DNA of 56,125 nucleotides, filler included, from Stramenopiles sp. TOSAG23-6 (GCA_900128565.1; 2 parts of 2 records of this genome joined end to end with filler, not necessarily neighbours in it), one strand, 5' to 3'; positions 33,581-45,120 are shown, counted from the whole stretch's first letter. Program-made: numbers and translations. Notes: a model not told the origin generated them from the letters alone.

Positions 33581-34786
33581 TTATAAATTCACTGCTTCCA
33601 CATCAATATTGCCTTGTGGAACAACCTTGCTGTTTTTTTCTTTCTTCTTATCCACTGTCCTCATACCTGTTTTTCTTTTCATAGCTTTCCTCCTTTTAGC
33701 TCTCCGCATGGCTTTGAAATCTAGCTCTTCCATATACTCAGAGTAACCTCCAAGAAGTCCAGACAGAAGTGCTAGTCCAAGTAGAGTTAAAAGGGCAAAT
33801 GCAAAAAATCCAGATGCTTTGAACCATCCCTCTCTTTCAGGCTTAAACGTTGGAGCATAATCTCCAAATCCAATTGTCGAAAATGTGATAGTAGCAAAGT
33901 ATACAGACTGTAGAAAAGTCCAACTCATCACGATTGGGCCAAACATACTCAAAAAGAATATGTAGACGATACAAACTGAACTAATAATAATTAACTGCTT
34001 CCACTTTGGTAAAAACCAGTAATGTTTTTCCTCTTGATTCATTTTTTTTGTATAATATGCTTTAGCCACTCTTTGAATGTAAACGAGAATGCGATCTGAA
34101 ACTAATGTCAGGGTGTATCCGAAATATCCAATTCCAATAAAGCAAAATATAGCAATAAATGCTTTACCTCCGTCCGTAGCAGGCGCAAAAGTACCATATC
34201 CAATTGTAGAAATAATCGTCATCATAAAAAATATACTTGATGTGATTTCCCAGCTCATCGCCTTCACATCCGAACCTGAAATATCTCCACTACTTAAGCC
34301 TTCCAGCTGTGTTTTCAAATACGAAGGTATAACACCGACATATTTAGCCCCAGTAGCATCTGCTGGACATTGTTGTACACCATCAGACAATTTTGTTGAA
34401 TCTTTGTTTGCGTTACAGTTTGTTACTGTGAATATGAAGTCGCTTTTAAATCCTGAAGAGCTGGTACCTGAAGCAGCTTCAAAAGTAGTAAAAGCAGTCG
34501 CACTATCGTCGAGATAATCTTGCACAAATGATGCCTGCTTGTGATAAGCAATAGCAGCATCTTTTTCTGCATCTGCTTCTATCAATTGAAAAATAAAAGC
34601 ACCTCCTACCAATATGAAAACCGTTATCAAAAAGTGAACGCCGCACTGCAGATTCGAATAACGGTTACGATGTTGAAGTTGAAGATGATGTTGCCAAGAC
34701 TCTAGTTTTAGTTTATCCAAAGCCTTTTTTGACATGCTTGCCTTTCTTTTAACTTTCCCTTTGAACTGAAACTCACCATCCTCCAT
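33581..34786 (-). CDS. Two-pore-domain potassium channel (K2P)
   Basis: Two pore loops STIGYG and STIGFG, four hydrophobic segments. Confidence 0.9.
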   Translation of the reverse strand: MEDGEFQFKGKVKRKASMSKKALDKLKLESWQHHLQLQHRNRYSNLQCGVHFLITVFILVGGAFIFQLIEADAEKDAAIAYHKQASFVQDYLDDSATAFTTFEAASGTSSSGFKSDFIFTVTNCNANKDSTKLSDGVQQCPADATGAKYVGVIPSYLKTQLEGLSSGDISGSDVKAMSWEITSSIFFMMTIISTIGYGTFAPATDGGKAFIAIFCFIGIGYFGYTLTLVSDRILVYIQRVAKAYYTKKMNQEEKHYWFLPKWKQLIIISSVCIVYIFFLSMFGPIVMSWTFLQSVYFATITFSTIGFGDYAPTFKPEREGWFKASGFFAFALLTLLGLALLSGLLGGYSEYMEELDFKAMRRAKRRKAMKRKTGMRTVDKKKEKNSKVVPQGNIDVEAVNL

Positions 34787-35055
34787 ATTTGAAGATTTGT
34801 ACTATCGAGCAACGGGTAATCAAGTGAGTAACACCAAATGAGTTGTATACACCTTTATGTAGAGTTTGGTTTGCAAAGTTGCGACCTATTTCCGTTACTT
34901 TCGAGATTTTCGTGAAACTCCCTAAATAACGGACTTTTTTTTCCCTTTTTCGTGTTTTGTTTTGCTACCCCCAGTTTAAACTTTCAAGAATATATTATTA
35001 CTCAATCTTTCGGAGTTCATCCAAATCGTTAAATTTTACATCGCTACTTTGCATA

Positions 35056-35277
35056 ATGCCTAAAGGACACAGCGTAACGAATTCCGGTACGAATTCCTCA
35101 GGGAATAGCTATTCATCGTATAATGGAGGCTCCTCATATCGTTATTCAAATTCCAACGGAGGAAGTTACTACAGCAGTGGCAGTGGTAATTTTTACACTG
35201 CTCCGTCTTCGTCTGGTGGTGGAAGCTATTACCAAAGTACTAGCAAAGGTAGCAGTGGTGGTTGGTCTAAAAAGTAG
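35056..35277 (+). CDS. Small Ser/Gly/Tyr-rich protein (73 aa)
   Basis: MPKGHSVTNSGTNSSGNSY...YRYSNSNGGSYY; coding-like composition in an otherwise AT-rich gap. Confidence 0.6.
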   Translation: MPKGHSVTNSGTNSSGNSYSSYNGGSSYRYSNSNGGSYYSSGSGNFYTAPSSSGGGSYYQSTSKGSSGGWSKK

Positions 35278-35347
35278 ATATTTTCATGTGAAAAGTTATG
35301 TACAATAAGAAAGGACAGTAATGTGTTAAAATGTTGATCATTTTTTT

Positions 35348-37302
35348 TTATAAAAAATTAGATTGAGTAACCTTCATAGCCATATTTTTTTCCATCCGAG
35401 CTTTTTTTTTCCCTTTTAAACCTGCTACTTTATCTTCATATGTACCACCGCAGTGTCGTTTGCACAATTTCGTATACTTCTTTGTACGATTATCAGTAAA
35501 ATCTGCATCAACGGTAAAACAATCTTCTTCGGGAGAATGACTCGCATTTTCTATTGATTGTAGCAGCGTTCTGGCCATTGCCGCTTTCACAGAATATCGA
35601 CACCATTGCTTTTCAACAACTTTCCTAATTGATGACAATGCACGTGTACTAATTGTGTGATCAAAATCAAGGTTATCAAAACTACAATCATACAAAAGAA
35701 GAGGCCAGTCTGGTGCCATGTCGTATCCAGGTTTACAAGGGCATTTTGAAATATCTAAAAGTTGTTTAATTATGTATTTTAGAAAAATATTTAAAAAAAA
35801 AAAAAATTGTTAGGTACAAAATTTCGTACGAAAAAAAAATAAATTCGAAATTGAAAAAAAAATAAAACATACATAGAAGGGTTTTCTTGACCACGACCGA
35901 CTAGAAATAGTACCGCAACCATACAACGTACTTGATGCCATAAAAATCCACGTCCACAAATTTCAAATACGAAAACTTCATCAGTATTGTTTTCTTGTAT
36001 TGTTTCATCATTACTTTTCATTTCTTCTTCTTCTAAAATTTTTACTCCGTTTTGGGTTGCTTTAAATATTTTACAGGTGAGAATTTCTCTAACAAAATTG
36101 TGGACATTTACCACATCCATTTTACAAAAGTTACGAAAGTCATGCTGACCAACGAAATACGATGCTGCTTCTTGCATTTGATGAAGATTGAGGGATCTCT
36201 TTGGGAAGAAATATCTATAAGTTCTACTACGACAACTAAATCGTGCATCAAATGGTTGCAATGTTTGAGATTCATTTTTTTCATTTAATTCTTTCAAACG
36301 AAATGTATGTTTTTGTCTTGGAGCTTCGGACCAACCTAAAACTCTAATTTCTAAAGGTAATACATTATTTAGTAGCATTGCGTAGTCATGTTCTTTTTTG
36401 TGCATGTTGAGTTTACTTTCTAATGAACTTGAAGGTATTAAACGAACACTGAGCGTTCTACTTTTGAACTGTTTCTCAAAAACACAAGATTCTGATGCAC
36501 CAACATCTCTCCAAGTTGAGTTTTTCTCGTCCAATATTTGAATGATTGTATCAATCGGTGCAATTCCCATATAGTGATCGATTTTAGTTTCCAAATCTGC
36601 AACAGTTGCATTTTTTGGAAGATGTAGACAGGTTTTTCGGAAACCTCCGAACATTTCAGTTTCCACTTTGACTACAACGTTATCACTATCATCAATAAGA
36701 TCAATTTGTTTAGACTTATACTCCATATATTTAATACCTTCGGCAGCAGACTTTGATGCGGCTTCTGTGAGAACACGGGGAACAAATGCAACACCACGTT
36801 TGAGTTTTGACCGAAGGTTCAAAGCAATAACTTGACCTGATGCACTAACACCTTTATCGGTGCGACCACAACGGGAATACACAGATGATAAACGGTTTTC
36901 AATAAGGCAAGTTTTTTGTAAAGCATCAAATAGTTTTGATTCTACAGTATTATCCGTATCAGATTGAGATGCGAGACCTAAATAATCTTCTCCATTATAC
37001 CAAACTTTAAGAGCAATATGCCGCTGTCTATATTGTGAGAAATCAAATGGTCGACGGATCTTTTTCTTCTTTTTACATTTCACTTTTGCTGTTTTGTTAT
37101 TTACACTAATGGAAGAATGTACAGTTGCTGTAATGACTTTTTTAGTTATTGTAGACAGCCGAAGTTTTTTAAGAGGAGGCTCTTCTAGTTGCACATGAGA
37201 ACCTACGATACGACCGTTAATTTCGATTCTAGGACTTCCACTACGGTATTGCTGTACCAAATCAATCAGTTCCTCTTTTGAAAGGTTATCCAACCCATCC
37301 AT
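35348..37302 (-). CDS. PUS3: tRNA pseudouridine(38/39) synthase, TruA family; exons 37302-35873 and 35771-35348
   Basis: RHIALK, YSRCGRTDKGVSA, FDARFSC..RTYRY, HDFRNFCKMD, FLWHQVRCM, then KPGYDMA..PLLLYDC. Confidence 0.9.
35772..35872 (-). other. Non-canonical GT-AT intron (101 bp)
   Basis: Removal gives GQENPS-I-IKQLLDISKCPCKPGYDMA, the expected PUS3 segment; the next AG is out of frame. Confidence 0.9.
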
Positions 37303-37531
37303 TGTACTGGAAGACAAGATGAATCTCGGGTTTTTGTGATTTCGACACTCAATTGTTCAGTATATTAAAGCTCAAAGTATCACTGCTGAAGTTCGACACT
37401 GACTGACTACTATTTTATTTCGAACACGAAATCTTGTTGCTGCCGCGATATTATTATTGGCCAGTCTTTCGAATTCGCGTTGATATATTTGCATATTTGC
37501 TCTCTCTCTCTGCGCAATAATTGTGTCACTA

Positions 37532-38923
37532 ATGAATTCACCAGAACCAAAGAAGCATAAAAAAACACACCATACCATGCGAAGTTGGGTAATGTATAAA
37601 GCGGAATGCGAATTTCCAATCCAGAATTTGCCATATGGAGTATTTCAGCGAAGCACTGATAGTTGCGGTAAAATAGGTATTGCTATTGGTGACTTAATTC
37701 TTGATCTTGGAGTACTCTCCAGGGTCGGTAAGTTCGCTTCTGCTCCAGTAGGAACGGAAAGTGCTCTTCAAGAATCAACGTTAAATACGTTTATGTCGCT
37801 TGGTAGACCATCGTGGTCATATGTTCGTCAAAAAGTCACAGAATTGTTATCATCTGAGTGCGCGGAATTGCAGGGCGATCAGGCATTGCGTAGTGAAGCT
37901 TTTGTTGCCCAAAGCGAGGTCAAGATGTTGTTACCAACAAGAATTGGCGATTACACCGATTTCTACTCTTCAAAGGAACATGCCAGTAATGTTGGTACAA
38001 TGTTTCGAGGTAAAGAAAATGCACTTCAACCTAATTGGACTCGTATGCCTATCGGATACCATGGACGATCTTCTTCTGTTGTTGTATCTGGCACTCCTTT
38101 CCGTCGTCCCTGTGGTCAGTTACAAAAGGATGCTAAGGATAATAAACAGGGCTCCCGGTATGGTCCTTGTAGGCTAATGGATTTCGAATTAGAAATTGGT
38201 TGCTTTGTGGGTAAAGGAAACGAACTCGGCGTGCCTATCAATATTAATGATGCCCTCGAAGAAAATATATTTGGACTTGTCTTGATGAATGATTGGAGTG
38301 CTCGTGACATACAAAAGTTTGAGTATGTTCCATTGGGTCCTTTTTTGGGAAAAAATTGTATGACTACTATATCGCCATGGATTGTTACTATGGATGCTTT
38401 GAAACCATTCCGCGAGGAAACGTCCGTTGGACTGTCCGGTCAAATTCCCAAGCCTCATAAGTATCTTCGATCAACCGACTACAGAAGTTACAATATTGAT
38501 CTTCATGTTGCTATCTCCAGAAAGGAGTGGTCAAACCCTCACCGTATTACAACATCAAATTTTAAGTCTATGTATTGGACAGTTGAGCAGCAATTGGTAC
38601 ATCACAGTAGTTCTGGCTGTAATATGCAACCAGGAGATCTTTTTGGTTCTGGAACAATCTCGACAACAATGGATGACGGTGAAGGTGCTGAAGTACCACC
38701 TGGTTTAGGTTCTATGTTGGAAATGTGCTGGAAAGGGAAGCGCGAAATAACAGGATTCCCCGATGGTTCTGTACGTAAATTTCTCAAAGACGGTGATGAA
38801 GTAATAATGACAGGTGCATGTAACGGCGATGGATTTCGTGTTGGATTTGGACAATGTTCTGGCGTTGTCCTCCCAGCATTACCACAACTCAAGGAGTTGG
38901 GTGAAGATGGTTATGTTTGTTGA
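37532..38923 (+). CDS. FAH: Fumarylacetoacetase
   Basis: FPIQNLPYG, GDYTDFYSSKEHA, PIGYHGRSSS, DFELE, NDWSARDIQ, PLGPFLGKN, GSGTIS; start may be 37577. Confidence 0.95.
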   Translation: MNSPEPKKHKKTHHTMRSWVMYKAECEFPIQNLPYGVFQRSTDSCGKIGIAIGDLILDLGVLSRVGKFASAPVGTESALQESTLNTFMSLGRPSWSYVRQKVTELLSSECAELQGDQALRSEAFVAQSEVKMLLPTRIGDYTDFYSSKEHASNVGTMFRGKENALQPNWTRMPIGYHGRSSSVVVSGTPFRRPCGQLQKDAKDNKQGSRYGPCRLMDFELEIGCFVGKGNELGVPININDALEENIFGLVLMNDWSARDIQKFEYVPLGPFLGKNCMTTISPWIVTMDALKPFREETSVGLSGQIPKPHKYLRSTDYRSYNIDLHVAISRKEWSNPHRITTSNFKSMYWTVEQQLVHHSSSGCNMQPGDLFGSGTISTTMDDGEGAEVPPGLGSMLEMCWKGKREITGFPDGSVRKFLKDGDEVIMTGACNGDGFRVGFGQCSGVVLPALPQLKELGEDGYVC

Positions 38924-39089
38924 AATTTCTAAATTGAAGGGTAGAAACATTTGAGTAAGTATAGCCCATGGTTATTATTTTTTGATTCTTGTATTGACAA
39001 ATAAAATTTTCAGTTTTCGTTTAAAAAAAGATTTTGATCCTTTTACTAACAAATAAAAAGTTCAGTTTTAAAAATGCGATTTATAAGAT

Positions 39090-42000
39090 TTACGTAAAAG
39101 CATTTGCTATGCTTGTAAGTAGTACATCAAGTTTCTCTACTAATGGCCTTTCATCATCGTAGTTTGCAAGTGCGACTCGTGCTATTGCTTCAAGGAAGTC
39201 AAGGAAAGAAAGCTCTCGATGTCTATTTGAGATTAAATGGTTTACTACGTATGGGGTACTCGCAAGAAATGCCCACCTTGTCCGAAATTGATCAATCTCA
39301 ATATTACATTTTTTGAGGACTCGTCGAAACGACTGGTAATTTATCGTACTTAATCTATTGGTGGAACTCTTGAAGTATCCACCACAAAATATGAAACATT
39401 TGCGACACGAGGATAAATATTTTTTGAAACAATCATCAATCGATGGGTGGTATAAATATTCAATACGGAATTTATCTGGCGACATCCGACGAGAGAAAGG
39501 CATAATATGTCTTTCGATTAACATTTGAACTGCCTCCATTCTACTAATCGAAGAATCACTTTTCTTCCAAAATTTTCGCAATGCAAGTCGAACAACACTA
39601 TGCAGAAATAGTGGTCGACATAACAACTTTGAGAAATTATTTTTTGCTTCTGCCTTTGAAAATTGTCCTTGGGTTGTAACAGTACTTTGAACAAAACAAA
39701 TTGCACAGTCATTTTGAGATAGATTTTTATCCAATATATGAATATCTTCACAAAAATCTGCAAAATCAGATGGCCCAACAAAGTACATTTGCTTGCCTCG
39801 ACGTTTGAGATCTTCCACTGCACGCACCAAAAAGACATCTAGTAAAAGAGGATAGTATTTTTGTATAAATAGTTTAAGACAAGATATTTCGCGTTGGATA
39901 CTGTTCTTATCATCCTCTTCGTTATTGAGAAGCTTTTGTATTCCACTCTGTTTCCAATCTGTTAGAAAAATTCGATTATAAAGCTTTTTATTGTTGACAT
40001 AATCTCGGGCATCATTTTCTGTTTTTCGACGTCCAAATATACTTGAGGAAGACACATCCCATTCTACACAATCTCTAACCTCAGGCATTTGATGACTCAA
40101 AATTACTTTAATTGCAGCCTTTTTTCGTTCATCTGCCTCAAAATCATTCTTTGAATTAAGCTGTTTTGCCCCAAGTCTTGGTTTTGATGCCTCAAGTATC
40201 ATTTCGTCAATATCAGTCACCAAAATTGCAAATAATGCAGCATCCATTGAAATTTTTGCAGCTTGCTTTGCTGCACGCTTTCGAAAAAGACGTTTCCTAG
40301 AATTTCGACCACGTACAATTGTTTGTAAAACAACTGTCGCCCATGTTCTAATATGAGTTCTGACATTATCTGAAACTTCAGCTGCAGTCAATGCCCCAGT
40401 GGAAAGTAATTTTGCATTTGACATTGCTTTATTTGCAGCTAATGCGGCCACAAGTGCAGACAATTTTGCAGAGACGCTCTGTGCGGTCCTTGCTGCATAC
40501 ATTGACGCAAAAGCAGCACCAACTGAAGCATAACAACAGGCAACACTTTGCTCAAGTTCCGTCACACGATCCCGATGCCACACAAGAGCATCCCACATCA
40601 TTCCCCTGGATAAATATGAGTATGCCTCACTATAACTAGGATTCCACTTTGAGCCTTTAGTTTTTATATTTGCATTTAAAAGACTAATATTTTTTCTTGT
40701 ACTACTTTTGTGAGTTTTGCGTTTTTTGCTCTCTTCACGTTTTGATTCTAGAAGAACTTCAGCAATTTCTTTCGGATCAGTACCACTTCTAATCATAGCT
40801 CTTTCTAAAATAGCTGTCTCATATTCTATAAGTTCTTTGTCAACAAACGCATCCTCCACGAGTTTTGTTTTTCTATTGCTTACTAAGGGGAAGCGTTCAG
40901 ACTTTGATGATCCAAATGCGACTGTATTCGGAATTCTCGATGTAGTTGTACTCTTTCGACTAGTTGTTTTCACACGAGCAAACTTTGTTTTCGGGCTATT
41001 GTAGTTGTCTTTCAAATTTCTATCTGAGGTTAAACCGGCTCTAGTTTTCCATTTTTTCAGTTTCTGTGTAGGTGTATTTGATACAAGAATATTATTTGCT
41101 CTATGTATTTTCTTTTTTGTGAAAGATATTTTTTCTTTCATTCTCTCTTGTTGAATGTCAAGTTTTTTTTTCGTGAAAGATAATTTTTCTTTCATTTTCT
41201 CATGTTCAATTTCAAGTTTCTTGATTTTATTTTTTATCCTAAGTTCTTCTGGTGTGAAAGCTGTTGTTGAAACATTCAAACTTTGATGAACGTTTTCAGA
41301 AATGCCTTTTCTTTTACTATTTCGATCTGTTTGTATACGGTTTTTATATTTCTTACTACTACTTGACACACCACTAATGTAATGATCAACATCTAGACCT
41401 AACGCACTGAATGTAGTTTTGTGTTTTTCATATTCTAAATCCTTTCTAGATCGATTCTTTATTTCTTCTAATGATCGTTCAGTATGATTATGAAGTGTAT
41501 CTGAATATGGTACTTGTGGCCAATAACCAGAATTTGGCGATACATTGTAATTTCTGAATGAAGTAGTAGAACTATCTGGTGCAACTATTTTGGAGTTATT
41601 TTTGTTTTTAATATATACTGCGTGGGCTAAATCTAAAGTTGCAAAGAAACGTCTTGTGTCAATTAATCCGATATCTTGTGTATCCATTTCAAAAGCAACT
41701 TCTGCAATATTAGCTGGAGTAATGCCGAACTCTAAGCGCAGAATAGAATCCATAAATATGGATGTAGGAAGTAAAGAAGTATCAGTTGGTCTATTTCTAT
41801 TTGAATGTATCTCGTGATTTTGTAAGTCTCTTTTATACCGAGTTTGATCAAGTTCTATAACAGACTTCATTTTTTTTAATCGTCTATCAAATATAGTTTT
41901 CGGTCTTTCTACAATCTCATGTAGGCTCTCTCCGATTCTTTTGGCTAATTCATGTTCTTCAATACGTTGGTGATGTATCTTTTCAATTTCATCTGAGCCT

Positions 42001-42164
42001 CCATGGACGGTAACTTGAAGACGCTCTGAAACACTAGGCATGGATTCAACTATATTATTTATATTATTTGGTACCCGGTCTACATTTTTGGAATACACTC
42101 TACTATGTTGTATCCGTGTACTATTTCTAGTAGGCGATTTCCCTGATACCGGAAAGGTCATCAT
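39090..42164 (-). CDS. Hypothetical 1024-aa protein with IQ-like and EF-hand-like segments
   Basis: LQTIVRGRNSRK; DTQDIGLID; ELSFLDFLEAIARVA. Confidence 0.7.
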   Translation of the reverse strand: MMTFPVSGKSPTRNSTRIQHSRVYSKNVDRVPNNINNIVESMPSVSERLQVTVHGGSDEIEKIHHQRIEEHELAKRIGESLHEIVERPKTIFDRRLKKMKSVIELDQTRYKRDLQNHEIHSNRNRPTDTSLLPTSIFMDSILRLEFGITPANIAEVAFEMDTQDIGLIDTRRFFATLDLAHAVYIKNKNNSKIVAPDSSTTSFRNYNVSPNSGYWPQVPYSDTLHNHTERSLEEIKNRSRKDLEYEKHKTTFSALGLDVDHYISGVSSSSKKYKNRIQTDRNSKRKGISENVHQSLNVSTTAFTPEELRIKNKIKKLEIEHEKMKEKLSFTKKKLDIQQERMKEKISFTKKKIHRANNILVSNTPTQKLKKWKTRAGLTSDRNLKDNYNSPKTKFARVKTTSRKSTTTSRIPNTVAFGSSKSERFPLVSNRKTKLVEDAFVDKELIEYETAILERAMIRSGTDPKEIAEVLLESKREESKKRKTHKSSTRKNISLLNANIKTKGSKWNPSYSEAYSYLSRGMMWDALVWHRDRVTELEQSVACCYASVGAAFASMYAARTAQSVSAKLSALVAALAANKAMSNAKLLSTGALTAAEVSDNVRTHIRTWATVVLQTIVRGRNSRKRLFRKRAAKQAAKISMDAALFAILVTDIDEMILEASKPRLGAKQLNSKNDFEADERKKAAIKVILSHQMPEVRDCVEWDVSSSSIFGRRKTENDARDYVNNKKLYNRIFLTDWKQSGIQKLLNNEEDDKNSIQREISCLKLFIQKYYPLLLDVFLVRAVEDLKRRGKQMYFVGPSDFADFCEDIHILDKNLSQNDCAICFVQSTVTTQGQFSKAEAKNNFSKLLCRPLFLHSVVRLALRKFWKKSDSSISRMEAVQMLIERHIMPFSRRMSPDKFRIEYLYHPSIDDCFKKYLSSCRKCFIFCGGYFKSSTNRLSTINYQSFRRVLKKCNIEIDQFRTRWAFLASTPYVVNHLISNRHRELSFLDFLEAIARVALANYDDERPLVEKLDVLLTSIANAFT

Positions 42165-42434
42165 ATATACTCAAACTTTACTTCAATATTCTAAAAGTAA
42201 AGAAAGATGTCAAAAAAAAAGGAAAGAAATCGAAATGTAACTGTCAAATTCCAGGCCGTATTAAAGGTACCGGGTTCCGGTTCGATCTGAACAAGAAAGA
42301 TGACAGTATTCAATGGTAGTATTTCACCAGTACTTCTAGAAATTCAGAATAACAATCAAATCTAAACATTGTGTGCATTATCTTTATTTATTTGAATTGG
42401 TTCGTGACTACCCAGTGTCGCTTCTATTCAAAAC

Positions 42435-43841
42435 ATGTCGTATCAAAGGATTGAAGATGTGGATTTTCATGGACATGCTCATAGTGGTGCTGACCATGGG
42501 CATAGTCATAGTCACAACGACAGTCACAGTGGTAATGACAACGGTCATTTCGAGCATCATAGTGATCACGGACACAGTCATCAAAGTGATCATGGACACA
42601 GTCATCAAAGTGATCACGGGAATAGCCATCAAAAAGATCACGGTCATAGTCATCAAAGTGATCACGGGCACAGTCATCAAAGCGATCACGGACACAGTCA
42701 CCACAGTGATCACGGACACAGTCATGGCTCACATGATTTAGACCATGATAGAGAAGCGTATTTGGTCGCTAGACGAAAACTGTTATGTGCCGGTGGCTTC
42801 TGTTTTGTTTTCATGATTGTAGAAGTTATTGGAGGTTATATCGCGGGATCCTTGGCAATAATGACTGATGCTGCGCACTTACTCAGTGATGTTGCTGGAT
42901 TTGCTATTTCTTTATTTGGGCTATATGTAGCACAAAAACCGACAAACTTAGAGTATACTTATGGTTACCAGAGAGCTGAAGTCATTGGTGCAATTCTTAG
43001 TGTTTTGATGTTATGGTTTCTGACTGGTATTTTAGTGTATGAAGCGATTAATCGGCTAATACATCCGAGTCCTGTTGATGGTAAAATTATGTTTATAGTC
43101 GCAACTTTGGGTTTGTTTGTTAATGTCATTATGGGATTAATTTTAGCATATTCAGGTCATGGTCATTCTCACGGCGAACTTCCTGGTTCTTCACACGGTC
43201 ACTCACATGGCATTATTGCAAAAGAGACAGAGACTGAGAGTATCGCTGTTCGATCAGCTCTTATTCATGTTGTTGGAGATTTGGTACAAAATGCTGGAGT
43301 TATGTGTGCGGCAGGTTTAATTTGGTATAATCCAAAATGGACTGTTGCGGATCCTCTCTGTACATTCGTATTTGCTACTTTAGTGCTTGCCACAACACCG
43401 GGAATTCTCAGGCAAGGTTTTAATATTCTTCTCAGTGCTGCTCCAGTGGGAATGTCGGGTCAAATTTATTCAGATCTAAGTGAAGTTCCTTGTATTGTTG
43501 ATGCTCATGATTTACACATCTGGCCGTTAAATTCTTCTGGAAAACTTTCATTAACAGTTCATGTCGTTGCGACCGACAAAGAAAAAGCTCTAGATGCCGC
43601 TCAATCTATTGCTAAAAAATACGAAATACGCCACACAACGATTCAAGTAGAAGGTGCAAATTCTATGGAAGTCGAAAATTGTGCAACTATAAATATGCAT
43701 CATCATAATGAACTTGGATCATTTTTCAAAACAAGGAAGGATTCGGACTCTGATCATTATTTTCAAACGGCTCATGTTGATACCAAAATAAATATGAACC
43801 ATCCCGAAACAAATCATTATGGAAGTACAAGTATTGGATAA
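42435..43841 (+). CDS. Cation diffusion facilitator Zn transporter (SLC30/ZnT2/MTP1-like) with long His-rich N-terminus
   Basis: SLAIMTDAAHLLSD, TYGYQRAEVIGA, HVVGD, HDLHIW, HTTIQVE. Confidence 0.92.
   Translation: MSYQRIEDVDFHGHAHSGADHGHSHSHNDSHSGNDNGHFEHHSDHGHSHQSDHGHSHQSDHGNSHQKDHGHSHQSDHGHSHQSDHGHSHHSDHGHSHGSHDLDHDREAYLVARRKLLCAGGFCFVFMIVEVIGGYIAGSLAIMTDAAHLLSDVAGFAISLFGLYVAQKPTNLEYTYGYQRAEVIGAILSVLMLWFLTGILVYEAINRLIHPSPVDGKIMFIVATLGLFVNVIMGLILAYSGHGHSHGELPGSSHGHSHGIIAKETETESIAVRSALIHVVGDLVQNAGVMCAAGLIWYNPKWTVADPLCTFVFATLVLATTPGILRQGFNILLSAAPVGMSGQIYSDLSEVPCIVDAHDLHIWPLNSSGKLSLTVHVVATDKEKALDAAQSIAKKYEIRHTTIQVEGANSMEVENCATINMHHHNELGSFFKTRKDSDSDHYFQTAHVDTKINMNHPETNHYGSTSIG
42555..42732 (+). 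repeat. Coding tandem repeat, ~24-bp unit (HQSDHGHS)
   Basis: About 7 units of CATCAAAGTGATCACGGACACAGT-like sequence. Confidence 0.85.
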
Positions 43842-43996
43842 TTGATGAAGATGAAAATTACATCACAGGTATTTTGGATTCAAAAAGTAAAAATATTTGT
43901 ATTTTTTATGACATTTTATATCTACTATTTTTTTTCTTTTCATTGCAATATGAAAAGAATCACCAATTTTGTTTTTGAAAGAAAATATCTAGAGTA

Positions 43997-44842
43997 TTAC
44001 CGCTTTCCCTTTGCACCACCCTTTCTCCCTATATACACTGGTCGACCTGAAGATTCTGCTATAGCAAAATTTGGATCAATAACATCTCCTTCCTTGATCA
44101 AAACTTTTCTGTAAAACTGTGAACATTGATATCCTACTCTATGAGGTATATGACTTGAAAATAAGCCCCATTTATCTCCACCACCATACTTTGTTAGAAC
44201 TTTTAAAAATAATTCTTTTTCAGAATTTGACCAGGAATGATCCGAATCCATCCAATGCGCTTCGCCTGGTGCACAATGACGATAAAAATATTGGTTTGGA
44301 TTCTTAAATAACATACCTTTTGCAGACTCTTTTGCACTAAGTTTTCCTTTTACACCTTTACCCCAAGTGAATTTTCCACCGCCACCAGCAGCCCAGGCTT
44401 CCGCAGCACTATCAGCAATACCAAGCTTCTTACACACCTCTTCATTAACCCATCCTCGGTAATGACCTTCAACTTCTATTCTACTTTTGGGTTGTACTCG
44501 TCCTGCCTTTATTTCGCGCTCCCAATAGTCCTTGGCACTTATAGTACCCAGTCCAAATTCCTCGTTCGAAACTGCAGCTATTGTCGTATCTGTTTTTTCC
44601 TTCATTGATGTGCTTTTCCTTCGCGATGACCTCCGTAAAGGTCCCGTGTGAGGTACCGGCGGATTTCTCTTGCGCTTCGTTCGGTTAGACTGTTTTGCAT
44701 TATTTTCACCTTTTGGGTCTTTGAGAGAAGAAAGTAATTCACGTCTCGCGATGTGTAAATCAAGTTGCTTTAGCACAGAGTTATTTCTTCGAATGTTTGC
44801 TTCTCTCTGCAACTCATATTCACTCTTTTCTGGGACTGGCAT
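43997..44842 (-). CDS. Myb/SANT-domain protein
   Basis: WSNSEKELF...KWGLFSSHIPHRVGYQCSQFYR; N-terminal SEYELQREANIRRN motif. Confidence 0.75.
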   Translation of the reverse strand: MPVPEKSEYELQREANIRRNNSVLKQLDLHIARRELLSSLKDPKGENNAKQSNRTKRKRNPPVPHTGPLRRSSRRKSTSMKEKTDTTIAAVSNEEFGLGTISAKDYWEREIKAGRVQPKSRIEVEGHYRGWVNEEVCKKLGIADSAAEAWAAGGGGKFTWGKGVKGKLSAKESAKGMLFKNPNQYFYRHCAPGEAHWMDSDHSWSNSEKELFLKVLTKYGGGDKWGLFSSHIPHRVGYQCSQFYRKVLIKEGDVIDPNFAIAESSGRPVYIGRKGGAKGKR

Positions 44843-45120
44843 ATTACGTATGTTTAGTGTAGCGATAGAATTATCGAATTCGTCGTAATCTAATGTATAT
44901 GCGTAAGAGTGTAAAAATTTGTATCCTATATTTTGACTGATTCTGACTGCTCCTCTGGATTCCGTGTCGAATCGAATGCAATCAATGATGCAGTCAGTCG
45001 ATCAAGAGTTTTGACTACGTAAATATACTACGGATACTACCAGCTACAGTAGCCTACTATACAAACCATACGAGAAGGCTTTAGGGCTTTTTAGTTATTT
45101 GATTTTATAGCGTTTGCAAC

